DNA of 64,000 nt from positions 36,875,703 through 36,939,702 of the forward strand of contig CP154954.1 in the NCBI GenBank assembly GCA_039621445.1. Direction: 5' to 3'. The DNA is from Euglena gracilis. Its lineage: Eukaryota. Below are positions 12,836 to 26,374 of the stretch, piece by piece. Every line of letters begins with the position of its first letter. Position 1 is the first letter of the stretch. The notes beneath the pieces are model-generated. The model ran no database searches, was not told where the DNA came from, and saw only the letters and a program-made list of their open reading frames with translations. A program made the translations under genes and the position numbers.

Positions 12836-13535
12836 ATTTTGATTGATTTGTCTGCAGCCATCCAGCGGGGCTCGGAGAGCACCCACTGGTGGTGGAAAAT
12901 GCCCGACGGCATTGCAACCAGGTGGAAACCCGGAAAGTGCAGACAGATGGCCCTCCATGTCAGGCGAAGGGGTGGGGCTTCTCACCCTTCGGCCTGAGCA
13001 CATGGGGGGGCATGGGGACCTCTGCCAAGGCTGTGCTGTTTGAGGTCACCAAAAGGGCTACCGCAGACCTGCGAGGATGGCCAAAGACACGGGCCCTGCA
13101 AGAGATGCGGGAGGGCCTATCGGTGACACTCATGCGCCACGTGGCGCGACAGCTGGCAGCCAAGGACCGCGTGGAGGATGCCCTCCAACCATGGTAAGTC
13201 CCAGCCTCCACCGCAGACAACACCCAAGGCAAGCAAAGCCAAGACCAAAGCAACCCGAAGCGCGGAGGTTCACCAGGGAAACACCCCCACCCCCCACCAA
13301 AAGGCGGCCACCACAAAAAAAAAACCAGACCAAAAAAAAAAAAGACCCCGGTCGCCAAAAAAAAAAACCCGCCTACACGCCAGGCCAAAGGCATCCGCCA
13401 AAAGGCGAAGGAGGGGAGTGGAGCCGGCAAAAGCAGCACACACAAAGGGTAGCCCGCCCGCCCTGGACTCCATAAAGCGAGACGGAGAGAGCACGCGCGA
13501 CCCCACAAGCCGGCTATAGCCCCTAAAAAAAAAAA
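12836..13535 (+). mobile_element. 3' end of a different RLE non-LTR element with an A-rich tail
   Basis: GWGFSPFGLSTWGGMG...MREGLSVTLMRHVARQL, stop at 13197, A run at 13525-13535. Confidence 0.6.
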
Positions 13536-13879
13536 GGAGGCGGAAAAAAAATTGATTGATTCATTCGTGTGGCTACAAATGTCTAGTTCATTTTGATGAA
13601 GAGAACTGGCAAGAAAACGCTTGGTGCCTCATCTTCATCTCCTTTTTCCACCCACTGAAGCCGAAGCCGCTGTAGAGCGTAGAGCGTGCATACGCGCAGC
13701 AGCTCACCCCCCCCCCCCCGGCCGGCCGAAGGCCGGTCCTGACCGACCCTCCCCATATAATACCCCCCCCCCCATATAAGACCCCCCTGGGATTTTGGCT
13801 CCTGAGGGGGGGTCTTATATGGGGGGGGCATGGTAGGCTGACAACGACACCCGCCCTGGTGCGTTTTTATTCCACATTT

Positions 13880-14110
13880 GGACAGCAAGGACCTGTGGCA
13901 ATTGACGTCACTATTTGGCACACCCAAGCAATCCTCTTGGCCGTGCCAACCAACTTCAATCAGGGCAAGGGAAGGCTGACAAACACCGGAGAATTGATGC
14001 CGCTTGCACAAGACGCGGTTGGCGCCTCACTGCCTTTGTGCTTGATTGCTTCGGGGGGGGCTGGGCACAGAGGGCATCCCATGGACAAATTGTCGAACGT
14101 TGTTCAAGAC
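13880..14110 (+). mobile_element. Degenerate RLE endonuclease fragment
   Basis: GPVAIDVTIWH, then a frameshift, then PSNPLG...KADKHRRIDAACTRRGWRLTAFVLDCFGG. Confidence 0.55.
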
Positions 14111-16224
14111 ATGCGTGCGGGCCCTGCAAAATAGGTGTTAGACAAATCGATTGCACTAACAGTTTTTAGCAGGGGCGCGCCGGGCAGCCTGGCGTCTTCA
14201 GCACCTCGACACCGACCGGCACCTGCTAAAACCGTCAATGACAGTCAATTATTGTACCATGCCCCCCCCCCCCCGAGCTATTCCCGTCGCCCTGGGTCCC
14301 TTTACGGTCCAATGGAGGTAGGCACAGGGGGGGTACATGAACGGTGCACGCCGGTTACCATCCCCCCCATTATGTACCCCCCCCCATCATGTACCCCCTG
14401 GGGGGGAGGTACATAATGGGGGGGGATGGTAGCTCACTGTCATAACACCTTTTCTAAAGAATTTCCCAAAAAATGCTCAAAAATCGGTGTTTTTGGGACG
14501 TTATCAAAAAGTGATATTAGGCAAATGGGCTGAAAATTGACCATTTATTGCAACCATCCAAAAAGTTGCCAAAAATGACCCCTTTTGTGCTGTTCGGTCG
14601 GGTCTGGGAATGGGACCTGGGTACCCCCCCCCATTGTGTACCTCCCCCCCATTATGTACCTCCCCCCCAATTTCGGCCTTCCGGGGGGAGGTGCGGGGGG
14701 GGATGGTATATTTATCGCACTCTCACTCAAACTCACCCAAGCCCTGAAATCAGACCCGGAGCTTGAGATCATAACAGCTCCAAGATGTGGTGCGCGTGGA
14801 CGCGGGGGGCAGCTTGACTCGTGGTTGCTGCTCTTTGCATGTTCACAAAAGCGGCACTGTATGGCTCCTTACCTGCACGAGCAACACCGTTCATCTCTTT
14901 GGCTGCCTTGATTCCATTGGCAGGTTGAACGTCCATCCCATTGCAGTGAGAAACACTGTCCGCCGCTTTGTGGGCAAGTTTGCCATCATGTGTGAGGCAG
15001 CGAGCTGCATAACTACACACGCAACAATGTGGAGTGTCGACAGAAGGAGATTGCGAGACCATAGCGCAGGGATTGCATTCCTTCGTGCAACATGCAGAAG
15101 GTGATGTCTGAGGGCCTACAAGTGGACCTACAAAACACCTTCAATGCAATTGATTGGCAAGCTGTGCTTCATGTGCAAAAAATGGACCAAAATCATCTTG
15201 TGAGGTAAAATTGTGGGTGTTTTTCTTGGCATATTTGGAATTTGCAGGAGGGAAAACAAATGCACTTCTTGCAGTTTTTTTTGTGTGTTTCAATTTTGGA
15301 AAGTTTTGTGTTTGTGTTTTGTTTTTTTTTGCGCTTTTGCGCTTGCGCTTTGTAATGCCTTGCCGAAGTAACCGAAGTAGACGTTGGAATGTATCATCGT
15401 TGTGCGGCATGTGTGCTTGGAGGCAAAAGTTTTGGGGGGTCGGCACACCCCTCCCCCCCCCTCACCGACCCCCTCGCCACGCCATTTTACCCCCCCTCCC
15501 CCCCCCTTTTCAGACCCCCTCGCCACGCCATGTCAGGGGGTCCCAATCGGATGATTGTCCCCAGTTGTCTGGTCGAAAATTTAAATCATCTGTTGGTCAG
15601 ATTTGGTAATTCAGCAGCCATGTTGCCAAAAACTTTTTCCAAGCCTTTTCAACAGATGACCATCCACTTTTCCACCACCACTTTTCAACAGAATTCACCG
15701 CCCTGTATAAATGCACGTGAGATGTGTTGCACAAAAACACCAATTTCATGCAAATTGGCCATTGTGCGAAGAAACAAACTGTAATACAACGGAATGGTAT
15801 GGTAAACTGAACGGCATCCACACCCTTGGGCTCTATGCTGAAAATCACCAGGCCAATCAAAGCTTGCAAACCCCCCCAAAAAGCCCCCCAAAACACCTTC
15901 TTTGCGTTTTTTTTTAATTCAAAAAAGCAAAAAAAAAACGCCAAAGGGTTCAAAGGAAAATCTTTTTTGAATAACAATTTTGTCAGGATTATATCCAACC
16001 CACCATCACATCTTTGGGATGTCTTTTGGCCATTTTTGAAAAAGTTCGTTTTTGGTGTGAAATTGTCCAGTTTTTTTTCCATGAATTTTTGGGTGTCTTT
16101 TCCATAGAAAAAGGTGCATGATAGAGAGCTATTCCCAGCTTGGGGGAGCTTGGGCTTGGAATCTTGGGGGAGAGCTCGGGGAGGGGATGCCACCCTGTAA
16201 TTCTCTGACGCAGATCCTTGCAAA

Positions 16225-16306
16225 ATGTCCACAAGCAAAGATATCCCCCAAACCGTCAAGGCTCTGCTGGCAGAATTTTCAAAGCACCTCGAACAGCATC
16301 ATCACA
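16225..16306 (+). CDS. Multi-EF-hand Ca2+-binding protein, exon 1 (MSTSKDIPQTVKALLAEFSKHLEQHHH)
   Basis: Acceptor gacgcag ends at 16213, AAAATG start, donor A|gtatgt in phase 1. The peptide matches the later repeat VRRILLQLKKHLEQNNE. Confidence 0.75.
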
Positions 16307-19059
16307 GTATGTTGGTGTTTCTATTTCCTCTCCATGCCCCCTCCCTGAGCTATTCCCTCCCGTGAGCTATTCCGGTGGTGGAACACTTTTTTGGAGGGAA
16401 ATATGGAAAAATTGGCCCAAGCCGAGACAATGGAGATTGGGCATTTTATGTCCGAAAATGGCCATCTTTGGTCATTTTTTTTGGGCCTCAAAAAAGTAGT
16501 GGGGGGGAGGGGGTGGTTGAAGGGGGGCAAGCGGCCATGCGGGGGGTCCCGGACCCTCCCCCCTCCCGAGTGGCACGCCTAGCCCCCAATGACCACCCTC
16601 ACCCCCAAAGCGTCCCCCCCCAAAGTGGCCAAAAGCTTTGGCAAATTTTGGTTTACGCCCTCAAAGTGGGCGTTTTCCTTCGGCACTTTTGGCGCCGAAG
16701 GCCAAAATTTGATCTCGCCCTCCTCAGAGTGGCCATTTTGGGGTCCCATGGTGCCTGGAGGGCCATTTTAAGGGGGGGGGTGAGGGTATTGTGGAGAACT
16801 CATCATTTCTCATGGAAAACATATTTGCAGCAAATGGCTAACCCCCCCCTAATGGAAGCACGGCTGCGCGGGTGCACTTGGAGGGGGTGTGTTTTTATTT
16901 GGACCCTGCGCTTGTAATGGCCCCGTGCTTCTTTTGGGGGTTTTATTGAGTTGAGGCGTGTGGGCAGCTTTTGAGGGGAACCAAGGTCCCCCCTGCTGTC
17001 CCCCGAGTTGTTCCCATTGGCAATACGCCCCCCAGGGATGGGAATGCCAGGCATAGTTGGCGTTTTTAAAAAAAAAAACAACACAATGTGCTTTTTTGAA
17101 AAAAGTATCCAAAAACATCAAAAAACAAAAGGGAAATTTCATTGAAAAAACTCGTTATGAAACACCCAAACCATACTTCAAATCCCACTATGTTCAAAAA
17201 CTTCCAAAAAATGGCCAAAAAACATCCAAAGTGCAAAAAATTTGCAATTTTATAATTTTTATTATGTTTTTGTGGAAGGAAGTTTTTGGCAGAAAAAATG
17301 ACTCCTCGTGGACGTTTTTTGTGCTTTTTAAAAAATGGTTAAAAATAAAAAACAACAACAAAAAGCAGTGTCCAAAAAAAATCAAGTTGCCAACTATGAT
17401 GCCAGGGAGACAAAACAATTTGAATGGGAAAATATTTTTCCCGCAAATTCTGGACAAAATTTTGTTCAGGATTTTCCCACCATTTCAGGAGCTATTAGCG
17501 TTTTTCCTGGCAAATTTAAGAAAATCTAATTTCGTCCATTGAACGCCCAAGAGTTATCTGGTGCTTCGATTCTTGGAATGCATTTTTGTTCCAAAACAAC
17601 TGTTGGACCGCCGTTGGTCAATACACAATAAAAAGCCCGTTTTTTCAGTTTTTGCAATTTGAAATTTGGGATATAATCAATTTTTGACTGCTGGATTTGG
17701 GGAAACCTTAGGATTTTTAATGACGACCCCGAGGACCCCCGACCCCCCAGGACAAGGGGTGGTCGGCACCCCCCCCCCCCCCCCCCCCCTCACCGACCCC
17801 CTCGCCACGCCATTTTACCCCCCCTCCCCCCCCTTTTCAGACCCCCTCGCCACGCCATGTCAACCGCGCCAAAGAAAATTTTCTTGGATAACCCCCACGC
17901 ACCCCTCCCACCCCCCATCCGGGACCCCCTCGCCACGCCAAAACCCCCCTCCCTCCCCCCCCCCAGCCGGCTCGCCACGGCGTGCCGACCCCCCTTGGCC
18001 CCGAGGGAAAACTGACCATGAGTGAAAATTCTGTCTGGAAAAATATTGGACGAATCCTTAAAATGCCGGAAAAAATTCTGGACGCCCGCTGAGAACAGGC
18101 GGGGAAAAATTCTGGACGAAAAAAAATCTCTCGAACCATTTATCAGGGGAAGGCATTGGAATTCATATTAAAAATGGGGGACAGGACTCAATGCGGGAAA
18201 AAAAGCCAAAAGTCCCGCATGGGATGATGCCATTTTTAAGAACTCTGGGGGTGGTCCCAGGGGCCCCCGGTGGCGGGTGCAAAGGCGCCCGGAAATCAAC
18301 GGCAAATGAGTCCTGGGGGTCTTGGGTCTTTGGGCCGGGGTCTTGAAAAAGGAGCTTGGGGACAACTTTCAATCACAATGTTGTAGGGAGCTATCAATTT
18401 AGCTATCAATTTGGGAGAGGGTGTTGGCCAACCATACACAAATGACACATTTGACCATGGTGCAAAATATCGGTGGTGATTTTTCAAAATTGCCGCAGTC
18501 GTCCAAAATTGCCCCTTTCCGGCCATTTTTTTTTTGCCATTTTTGGACCGTTCAAAAAAAAATCTCCCACCCCAGCTGCCAGCCATTCTCAATTAGGAGG
18601 TCAAAAATTTTCGTTTGGCTATTTTCTCCATTAGGTGGGGGGGTCAATTGGAGGTGGTGCACTTCGCCCCAATTTTTTGTTGATTTTTGCTGCCCGATGG
18701 GAGGGAAATTGATTACCATGCCCCCCCCCCCCCTTACTGTTCCCGTCCCGCCCCGCTCGGCGCCCCCACCCAGGGGAGGGGCAGGGACCTCCCCCAGTCG
18801 GGTCCATTGTGATTTGGTGGGGAATTTGATGGTTTTGTATTTTTGATTTTTGGAGGCTTTGGAAATGTACAATTCTTTGCAATTTTTGCTTTTGCAATTT
18901 TTTGGATTCCAAGCGTTTGCTCATTATCCAAGTGTTATTTACCTTGTTTTTCTATTACAGTGGCTCACTGTTCAATTGACTTTCTGAATAATCCAATTTC
19001 TGGCCAATTATCCCAATCCTGGCAACCTCAAAAAACAGCTGATTAATTCCCCTTCCCAG

Positions 19060-19152
19060 TACCCCCGAAGAGCCAGCGCACAAGAAGGCAACAGAGTTGA
19101 AAATGCAGGCCCCATTGTGCCAAATGAGCTCAACTCGATGAAAACAAATGGG
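19060..19152 (+). pseudogene. Frameshifted paralogous exon of the EF-hand gene (pseudo-exon or assembly error)
   Basis: cccttcccag acceptor. TPEEPAHKKATELKMQAPLCQM, then a frameshift, then QLDENKW aligns with the exon 1 and exon 5 helix. No GT at the expected end. Confidence 0.5.
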
Positions 19153-22100
19153 CAAAGAAAGTTTGATCTAGCCTGTGGGGCCAATATCTTGGGTTTTTGG
19201 GGACAGGTTTTGATAATACCCCCCCAAATTCCACCCGCCCCCCCCCTCGGGGTCCGACTTTGGTGACTGGGTTAATACCCCCCCCCCCCCGGGGGTAGTT
19301 CCTGTGTTTGGCAGACCCTAGGGTCGCCAAAGGTCGCCATGGTCGCCAATCGTGGGCAGGTCGGTGTCAAAAAATTCCGTCCACGTCAAATTAACGCAAC
19401 ATACACACAAAAGGTAATGCACACACAAGGGATTTTTTTTTTAGGGCCCTGGAACAGTTGCCTACGCCGCTACAATGCAAAAAAGACTGAGTAGGAAATA
19501 CCCATAGCGACCTTTGGCGACCGTGGGCAGACCCTAGGGTCTGCCCACACCCCCCCCCCCCCAGGCCAGATCCGGGAGGCCCCCCCCGCCCCCCGGATTT
19601 CGGGGCCGAAGGCCCGGATTTTGACCTGAAAATGTAAGTAAAAATCACAATCTGCAAATTACAGAAAAAAATCGATTTTTCTGGGTCTAAATAAATTTCA
19701 GAAGAAAGTTCAAAAAATGAAGTTTCAAAAGGTTTTGGCGCTATTTTGGATCCTATGGGATGCTATTACCCCCCCCCCCCCAAATAATACCCCCCCCCTT
19801 GGGCCGGGATTTGGGGCAAAAAAATAATACCGGGGGGGGGGCTTACAAAGGCCAAGTGCCATATTGCCAAACATTGCAGGCGGTGCAATATCTCACCAAA
19901 ATGCCCCCTTACGCGACAATGCACAACACCCCCTGGGAGGCCTCTGAAGCAAATTACATGCCTTGAAAAAAGAACCAGGTAAAATACCCCCCCCCCCCCC
20001 CCCCAGGATCAGCCCCCCCCCCCCCCCCCCAACAAGGCCCCCCCGCCGATTGGGGGAAGGCCGGTGACCTGATGAAATCACAATTCCAAACAGAAAATCA
20101 ATTTTGGCTGATCAATGGTTCAAAAAATTTCAAGGTTGGGCTAATTTGGGGACCCCCTACCGGGGGGCAATGCAAAGGGGGGCCCAATGCCCCCAAAACA
20201 TGAATTTTCCCCCCCCCCCCCCCCCCAAGCAAACCCCCACCGTCAACCCCCCCCCGGACCCCCAAAATAACCACCCCCCCCCCAAAAAACAAAGACCTAA
20301 AAAAAACCCCCCCAAAACCCCCCAACAAATTCCCAAAAAAAAAAAAAAACCCCCCCCCACCCCCCCCCCCCTTGACCCCCCCGTGTCCCCCCCCGTGACC
20401 CCCCCGTGACCCGAACCACCCCCGGAGGAGTGATCCATATTGGGCGGAGAGGACATTTTTGGTGGGTTTTGGTTTTTCACCTCCAAAATTTGACTTCAAA
20501 AATGCAGCTGGATTTGAGCTTTTATGCCTGTTGTTGGGGGACCCACTGGGTCCATTTGCCAGCCCACCAGACCCCGAACAAGGAAATAAGATTCGCATAA
20601 AATTGTGAGAAAGAGATCACATGAACATTTTTTTTTCCGGCCCAGATGGCCGTTTTGTACACTTTTCCCACTGGCTGACTTAGCCGTTTTCGGGGGGTGG
20701 GGGTCAAAAAATCAATGTTTTCGAAATTTCTCGAAAATGATGCAAAATCAAAGGAAATTTCCGGAGACCTGATTTGAAGCCCTTGGAATACCCTATCTAC
20801 TGGGATTTTGGTTTCCCTGCAACTCCCCGCCTAGCCCGAGATACGTTTACGAGAGCGAGAACGAGAGGTTTTTTTTTACGAGAGCGTTTTTCGGCCAATT
20901 TGGACATTTTGTACATTTTTCCACTGTCCGACTTAGCCGTTTTCCGCCAAAAAAGTCGGTAAAAAGCGAAATAAATCGAATTTTTTTTTGCCCGAAACGG
21001 TTTTTTTGGCCTCCCGCACCCGGACAAACTGCTTTTGAGCCGAAAATGACCTTTTTTCGACCCGCCAGCGCCCCGTTTTGGGCCGCCAACCCATTGACTT
21101 TGGGGTCAAAAAGTCGGAAAAAATTCGAAAATTTTTTTTGCGAAACGATTTTTTTTTGGGCTCCCGGACCCGGAAAAACTGCTTTTGAGCCGAAAATGAG
21201 TGTTTTTCGACCCGCCAGCACCCGGGTTTGGGATGCCAGCTCATTGACTTTGGGCCAAAGCCGGGTCAAAAAAGTCGGGAAAAATCGAAAAAAATTTTCC
21301 CGGAACGATGTTTTTTGGCCTCCCGGACCCGAAAAAACTGTTCTTGGGCCGAAAATGAGCGTTTTTTTTTTTGACCCGCCAGCGCCCCCGCTTTTGGGCC
21401 TGAAACCAATGGACTTAGGGTCATTTTCGGGTCAAAAAGTCGAAAAAAAATCGAAAAACTTTTTTTGCCCGAAACGATGTTTTTTTTTTTGGCCTCCCGG
21501 ACCCAGAAAAGGTGTTTTTTTTGAGCCAAAAAAGAGCGTTTTTCCACCCCCCGGCGCCCCGTTTCGGGCACAAAACCCTTGCATTTCAGTCAAAAGAGCT
21601 CCTTGTAGTGGGCCGGTTTAAATGGGGGGTCAATGAAGGGGTGGGTGCGCGCTCATTAAGAGCTCAGCACTACTCAGAACCTGGTCCGACCCCTCCCCTA
21701 GATGTTGGGGGGGGTCCGCACCCCAGGGTTCGATATAAGAAGGGCGTACATGGTTTAGGTGGGGGGGTCCCCCCCACCCCCCCCCCTCCTGACCCGCAGG
21801 GGGGGTCCGGACCACCCCCCCCCCCACCTGCAAGGGGCGTCCGGACCGACCCTGGGGGGTACCCTCACCCCCCCCTATTTGGCTAATGGCCGGGCTCCTT
21901 CAGACCCCCAATTAGCCAATTAGGGGGGGGGACAATTAGGGGGGGGGGGGGGCTCGAGGACCCCGACCCCATAATTTTTGACGTGTGCAAAATTGGTCGA
22001 TTTTTTGTGCATTTTTGGATTGGTTATGACTTCTTCTTATCCAGCAATTTTTAACATTTTCGAAACGGACGTTTTTGGAGGTTTTCTGAGCCCTTGCCGA

Positions 22101-22544
22101 AATTGGCCAAAGTTGGCCAAGGGAACGTCCATTGGCCAATTGGGCTAACCCCCCCCCCTAATTGGCTAATGGACCTCCCTTAAGGACCCCCCAATTAGCC
22201 AATTGGGGGGGGGGGGGGCAATTAGGGGGGGGGGTGAGGGTACCCGGGCCCGGGACCCCCCCCAAAAAGGGTCAATTTTTTCCTCCGGCGCTTTGCGCCG
22301 AAAATTTTTTGCATTTTTGGCCAATTTTTGCCCAAAAAATGTCCAAAATGGCACTTTTGGTCGATTTGGGGGTCAAGAATTTTCGGCCCGGCGCTTTGCG
22401 CTGGGCCGAAAATCGGTCACCCTGACCGCGCCACTGTTTAGCTGGGGGGGTGTCCCCCCCCCCCCCCCCCTCCTCGCCCGCAGGGGGGGGGGTCCGGACC
22501 CCCCCCCCCCTCCTCTCCTTATATCGAACCCTGCCCCCCGCCCC

Positions 22545-22900
22545 CCTCCTTGACAGGTGCCAAAAATAACGGAAAGTTTTCTTCCGGGGCTGTGCGCCGG
22601 AAAATGAGCACAAACACCCCTTTTGCTGACTTTTGGCTATATTGCCCTTTTTTTTTGATGTGTTGGTGTTTTCCCCCAAAAACATGTTCAAAAAATTTCA
22701 AATAATGAGCAATTTTGGATCGATTTTTGAAGAAAAATCAGGGATTTTTGACCGATTTCGACCCGATTTCCGGCCCTTTGCCCGTCCATGAAATCGAAAA
22801 ATTTTCGGCCCCCCCTCAGTTTCGAGGCAGGAGGGGGGGTCCGACCCACCCGCCCCCCTCCGTGTCGGGAGGGGGGTTCCGACCCCTCAAGGCTTCCCAT
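22545..22900. repeat. Dispersed repeat with a direct copy near 61810-62125
   Basis: Shared ggtgccaaaaata...gaaatcgaaaaattttcggcc. Confidence 0.8.
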
Positions 22901-23769
22901 TCATCCCTGCTCACCCCCCAATTGGCTACTTGTCCAGGGAAATCCAGGGAAGCGGAGATTTTGCGGGGGTCAAATTTGCTTTCGGCGCCTTCGGCGTCGA
23001 AGGCAAATGGCCACTTTCCTTGAGGAGGCAAATTTGGCAGAACGCTTTGGTCACTTCGGGGGGACACTGAGAGGGGTGAAGCATTTCCACTGGGTATGAT
23101 CTGATTTACATCAGCTGTGTTGCTCTGAAGAGCCATGGGGTTGCAGTGGTATGTTCAGAGAGTGATTTGTTGGATTTAGAAAGCATTTGCAAAAAATCAC
23201 AAAATTTTTTACTGCCAAGTACCAAAGTCTCTGCAACAGAATCCCAAAAATTTGACAGCAGTCTCAAAAATTTTGGCGAAAGGTCCCAGGCGTTTTGGCA
23301 AAGGAGCCCAAAATTATGGCAAAGGTGGTCAACAATTTTAGCGGGACGTTCCAAAATTGTGAGTGTTAGGTGTAAATGAGCGTCGAGGCGAGGAAATGAA
23401 AGTCGTCAGAGCACATTTTTGCTTCATGTGGGGCTAACGTCTTGGGTAAGGAGTGCCAATATTCATGGCACTTGGGGTCAATATTTTGTGTACCAGGGGC
23501 CTGGGATTTGGGACTTGGGGCCAAATTTCAAGGACGAGGTGCCGACATTTCCAGGAATGGCTGTAAATGAAGCTCTGGAACGTCCTGCCTTTTCCCCTGA
23601 TTCCACAGCCATTTTGGGAACAGGAATAATTTGGGGGAGCACGGACCGATTCATCAGTTGAACGCGATGAACTGCAGTCGGTTTGAACCAAAGTTCAAGA
23701 ACAGGAAGAATGCCTCCGAATTGACACCATTTTGTACAGTCATTTTTACCAGTCTGGTGCTATTCACAG

Positions 23770-23876
23770 ATTTACAAACTGCATTCTTGGGAGTGGATAC
23801 CAACCGGAACGGGTGGATCTGCCGGGATGAGTTTGGTGCTATTTTCAAAGCTCTCAATTTCCCCATTGCGCAAGAG
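23770..23876 (+). CDS. EF-hand protein exon 2 (LQTAFLGVDTNRNGWICRDEFGAIFKALNFPIAQE)
   Basis: cag| and |gtgggc boundaries, EF loop DTNRNGWICRDE, 107 nt, phase 1 to 0. Confidence 0.9.
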
Positions 23877-24049
23877 GTGGGCTGCATTTGCTTTTGTTTG
23901 TGTTCATGTCTGCCATTTTCGCCCCCTTCAAGTGCATTATTTATTATCATGCATTATTTTGGGTTTCAGGGGCAGACAATTTAGCAACCCCAATGGATTT
24001 TAGAATCCATTTTGTAATTTCTGTTCTTTTTTTCCATTTGAAACCATGT

Positions 24050-24368
24050 AACCCCCCCCCCCCCAATAAGTGCGCAGTGCCCTAATAAGTGCGCAACTAT
24101 CTCAGGTTGAAAAGCACACACAATTCTCAAAACTGTCTTTTTCAGACCCAATATTTCTATCGTCCAAGCCCAAATTTGACACATTTGACACATAATCACT
24201 TGACACATAACTTGAAATCACAAAACAGGGAGAAAAATGAAAAAGAGTGGGGGTAACGTTTTTGGCTTTGCCCTAAAACGTGCGCAATGCCCTAATAAGT
24301 GCGCACCCCTTGGGGTCCGAAACTACGTCCTTAAAATGCGCGCACCCGTGCACTTATAGGGGGGGTTT
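24050..24368. mobile_element. TA-flanked MITE with TAAGTGCGCA motifs; relatives near 32780-33070 and 40790-41170
   Basis: acccccc...ataagtgc/gcacttat...gggggtt ends and dispersed copies. Confidence 0.65.
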
Positions 24369-26374
24369 ATGCGCAAAAGAGGTTGCCCCCAAATCACCCC
24401 CCCCTCCAAATAGTGAACCCCACTCAAAAATTATATAATTCCTCTGAGGCTGGAGGTTGTATATATGGCACAAACCCGGGTGAGGGTAGGGGTACATTCT
24501 CAATGAGAGAGAAGGGTTTGGGTGGGAGTTGCTGCTACCTACCCAGGGCCTCCCCTTTCCCCGGCGTTTGGCTTAGCTCTAAACAGCTTACTCTAAAAAG
24601 ATAAGAAAGATAAGAAAAGAAAGATAAGATAAGAGCTCAGCGACCGCCCCCCCCCCCATATGACCGCCCCCCCCCCTCAAAAAAGACAGAAGCTCTTTTG
24701 ACCCAGCCCAAAAAAAAATCGCCAAAAGTGGCCTTTTTTTTCCAAAAAAAAATGGCCATAATTTCCCGCTTTTTGTCCAATGGGGCTTAGCCTAGCACAA
24801 ACAGCCATACCCATTCGAAAAATCTCCCACCCAGGCTTCTTTACCAACCCCAGAGGGTGCCTTATGCTATGGGGTGCCTGCCCATAGCAGGCACCCCCCA
24901 CGAGGGGTTTCGCCCCCCGTTGCCTGCCAACTCAGCCATTTTCCCCTTGAAAATGGCTACTTTCGGGCCCCCAGCACCTTAGAGTGGGGGGATGCGTTGA
25001 GTGGGGGGTGGTGTGAGTGGGGGGATGCGTTGTTGAGGGGTGGCAGGGGGGAACACAACATGGACCCTCAAAAGGCGACGCAGAAAAATGCAAACAAATG
25101 CAAAAAAAAGCACACAAAACAATCAAAAAAAACTCAAGTTTGCATGTAAAAATCCTTTAGGAGCTCCCCCAGGATGTGCATTTTCTGCTGGAGAGGATTT
25201 GGAAAGGTTTTTGGCTCCGCCGGCCTGGAAAAAATAATTTTGACATAAAAAATCAGTATTCTGTTGCAAAAAATGCAAAAAATAACAAAAAATGCACAGA
25301 TTTTTGGTCTCGGGGGAAAATCTGGGCCAAAAGAATTTCTCACAATAAAAAATTTTCCACCAAAAACCAAAAATCTCCAGAAAAAAAGCACAAACAAAGA
25401 CAAAAAAATGTAAAGAAACGCAAATTTTGCCAAAATCAGAAACACAAAAAAACCTGCAAAAAATGCATTTGTGTTCCGCCCCTGTGTGTCGGGGTGGGGG
25501 GCTGGGGGGTTGGGGTACGTAGGGTCATGTGGGGTGCTGTGGGGGGCTCCACTTTACACCACCTCGTTTTGGGGCGTAATATCTCAGGCTGAGGCGGGGA
25601 GTTGCCGGGAAATCGAAACATCATTTGATTGGGCGTTTTAAGGGCTTCAATCCAGGTCTCCAAACATTTTCCTTGATTTTGCTGCATTTTCGAGACATTT
25701 GGCATTTCGCGAAATTTTGGCCCCAAAAAACGGCCAAAATTGGCCGAGAACGTGGCCGTTTCTTTGGCCAGAAGGGGAGAAAAAAGTGAACCGACGGGCA
25801 TATTAAGCTTTCCTTAAAATTTATTTTAGGTCGCCTGACATGTATGTCTTTACATTCCACAATTTCTGAGAAATTTGGGGAAATCGACTTTTTTACCCAA
25901 AAGCCAAAACGGCAGGGCCAGAAGCCTGCAGCGCTTTTTTGGGTTAGGCGGAAAGTTGAATCAAATTTGGCATGGCGAAACTTTTCATTTTTGCTGTTTT
26001 TTTTGGCTTTCGTGGTTTTTATTTAATGGAAAAAATGCGAGTTATTGTCCAAAATATACACCATGTTGATTGATGTGTAGTGTTCCAGAATGAAGAAAAA
26101 AAAAAACTCCCCAGAGGAGAAAGCCTAAAAATGTGCATCCTGGGGGAACTCCTGAAGCAATTTACATGCAAATTGTGTTTTTTGTGTTTTTGTGTTGTTT
26201 ACATGTGTTTTTTTGAGGGTCCTGTTGCGTCTTTCCCCCCTGGGGGTGGGTCCAAACCTCCTCCCAAATCCATGGGGGGATGGTCTTGATCAGGGATCAA
26301 GACCAAGGCCGGGGTGGAGACCCGCCTCTGGTTTTTAGAACAGTGGAGGATTTACAAGGGAACAGAAAAGTTGA

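Noticed and set aside
11755-12997. Long ORFs of 385 aa (-) and 309 aa (+)
   Set aside because: They are open because of the stop-free 10-bp repeat and high GC content.
23020-23093. Possible exon ending in G|gtatga
   Set aside because: No clear acceptor, poor homology, and exon 1 already joins exon 2 in phase.
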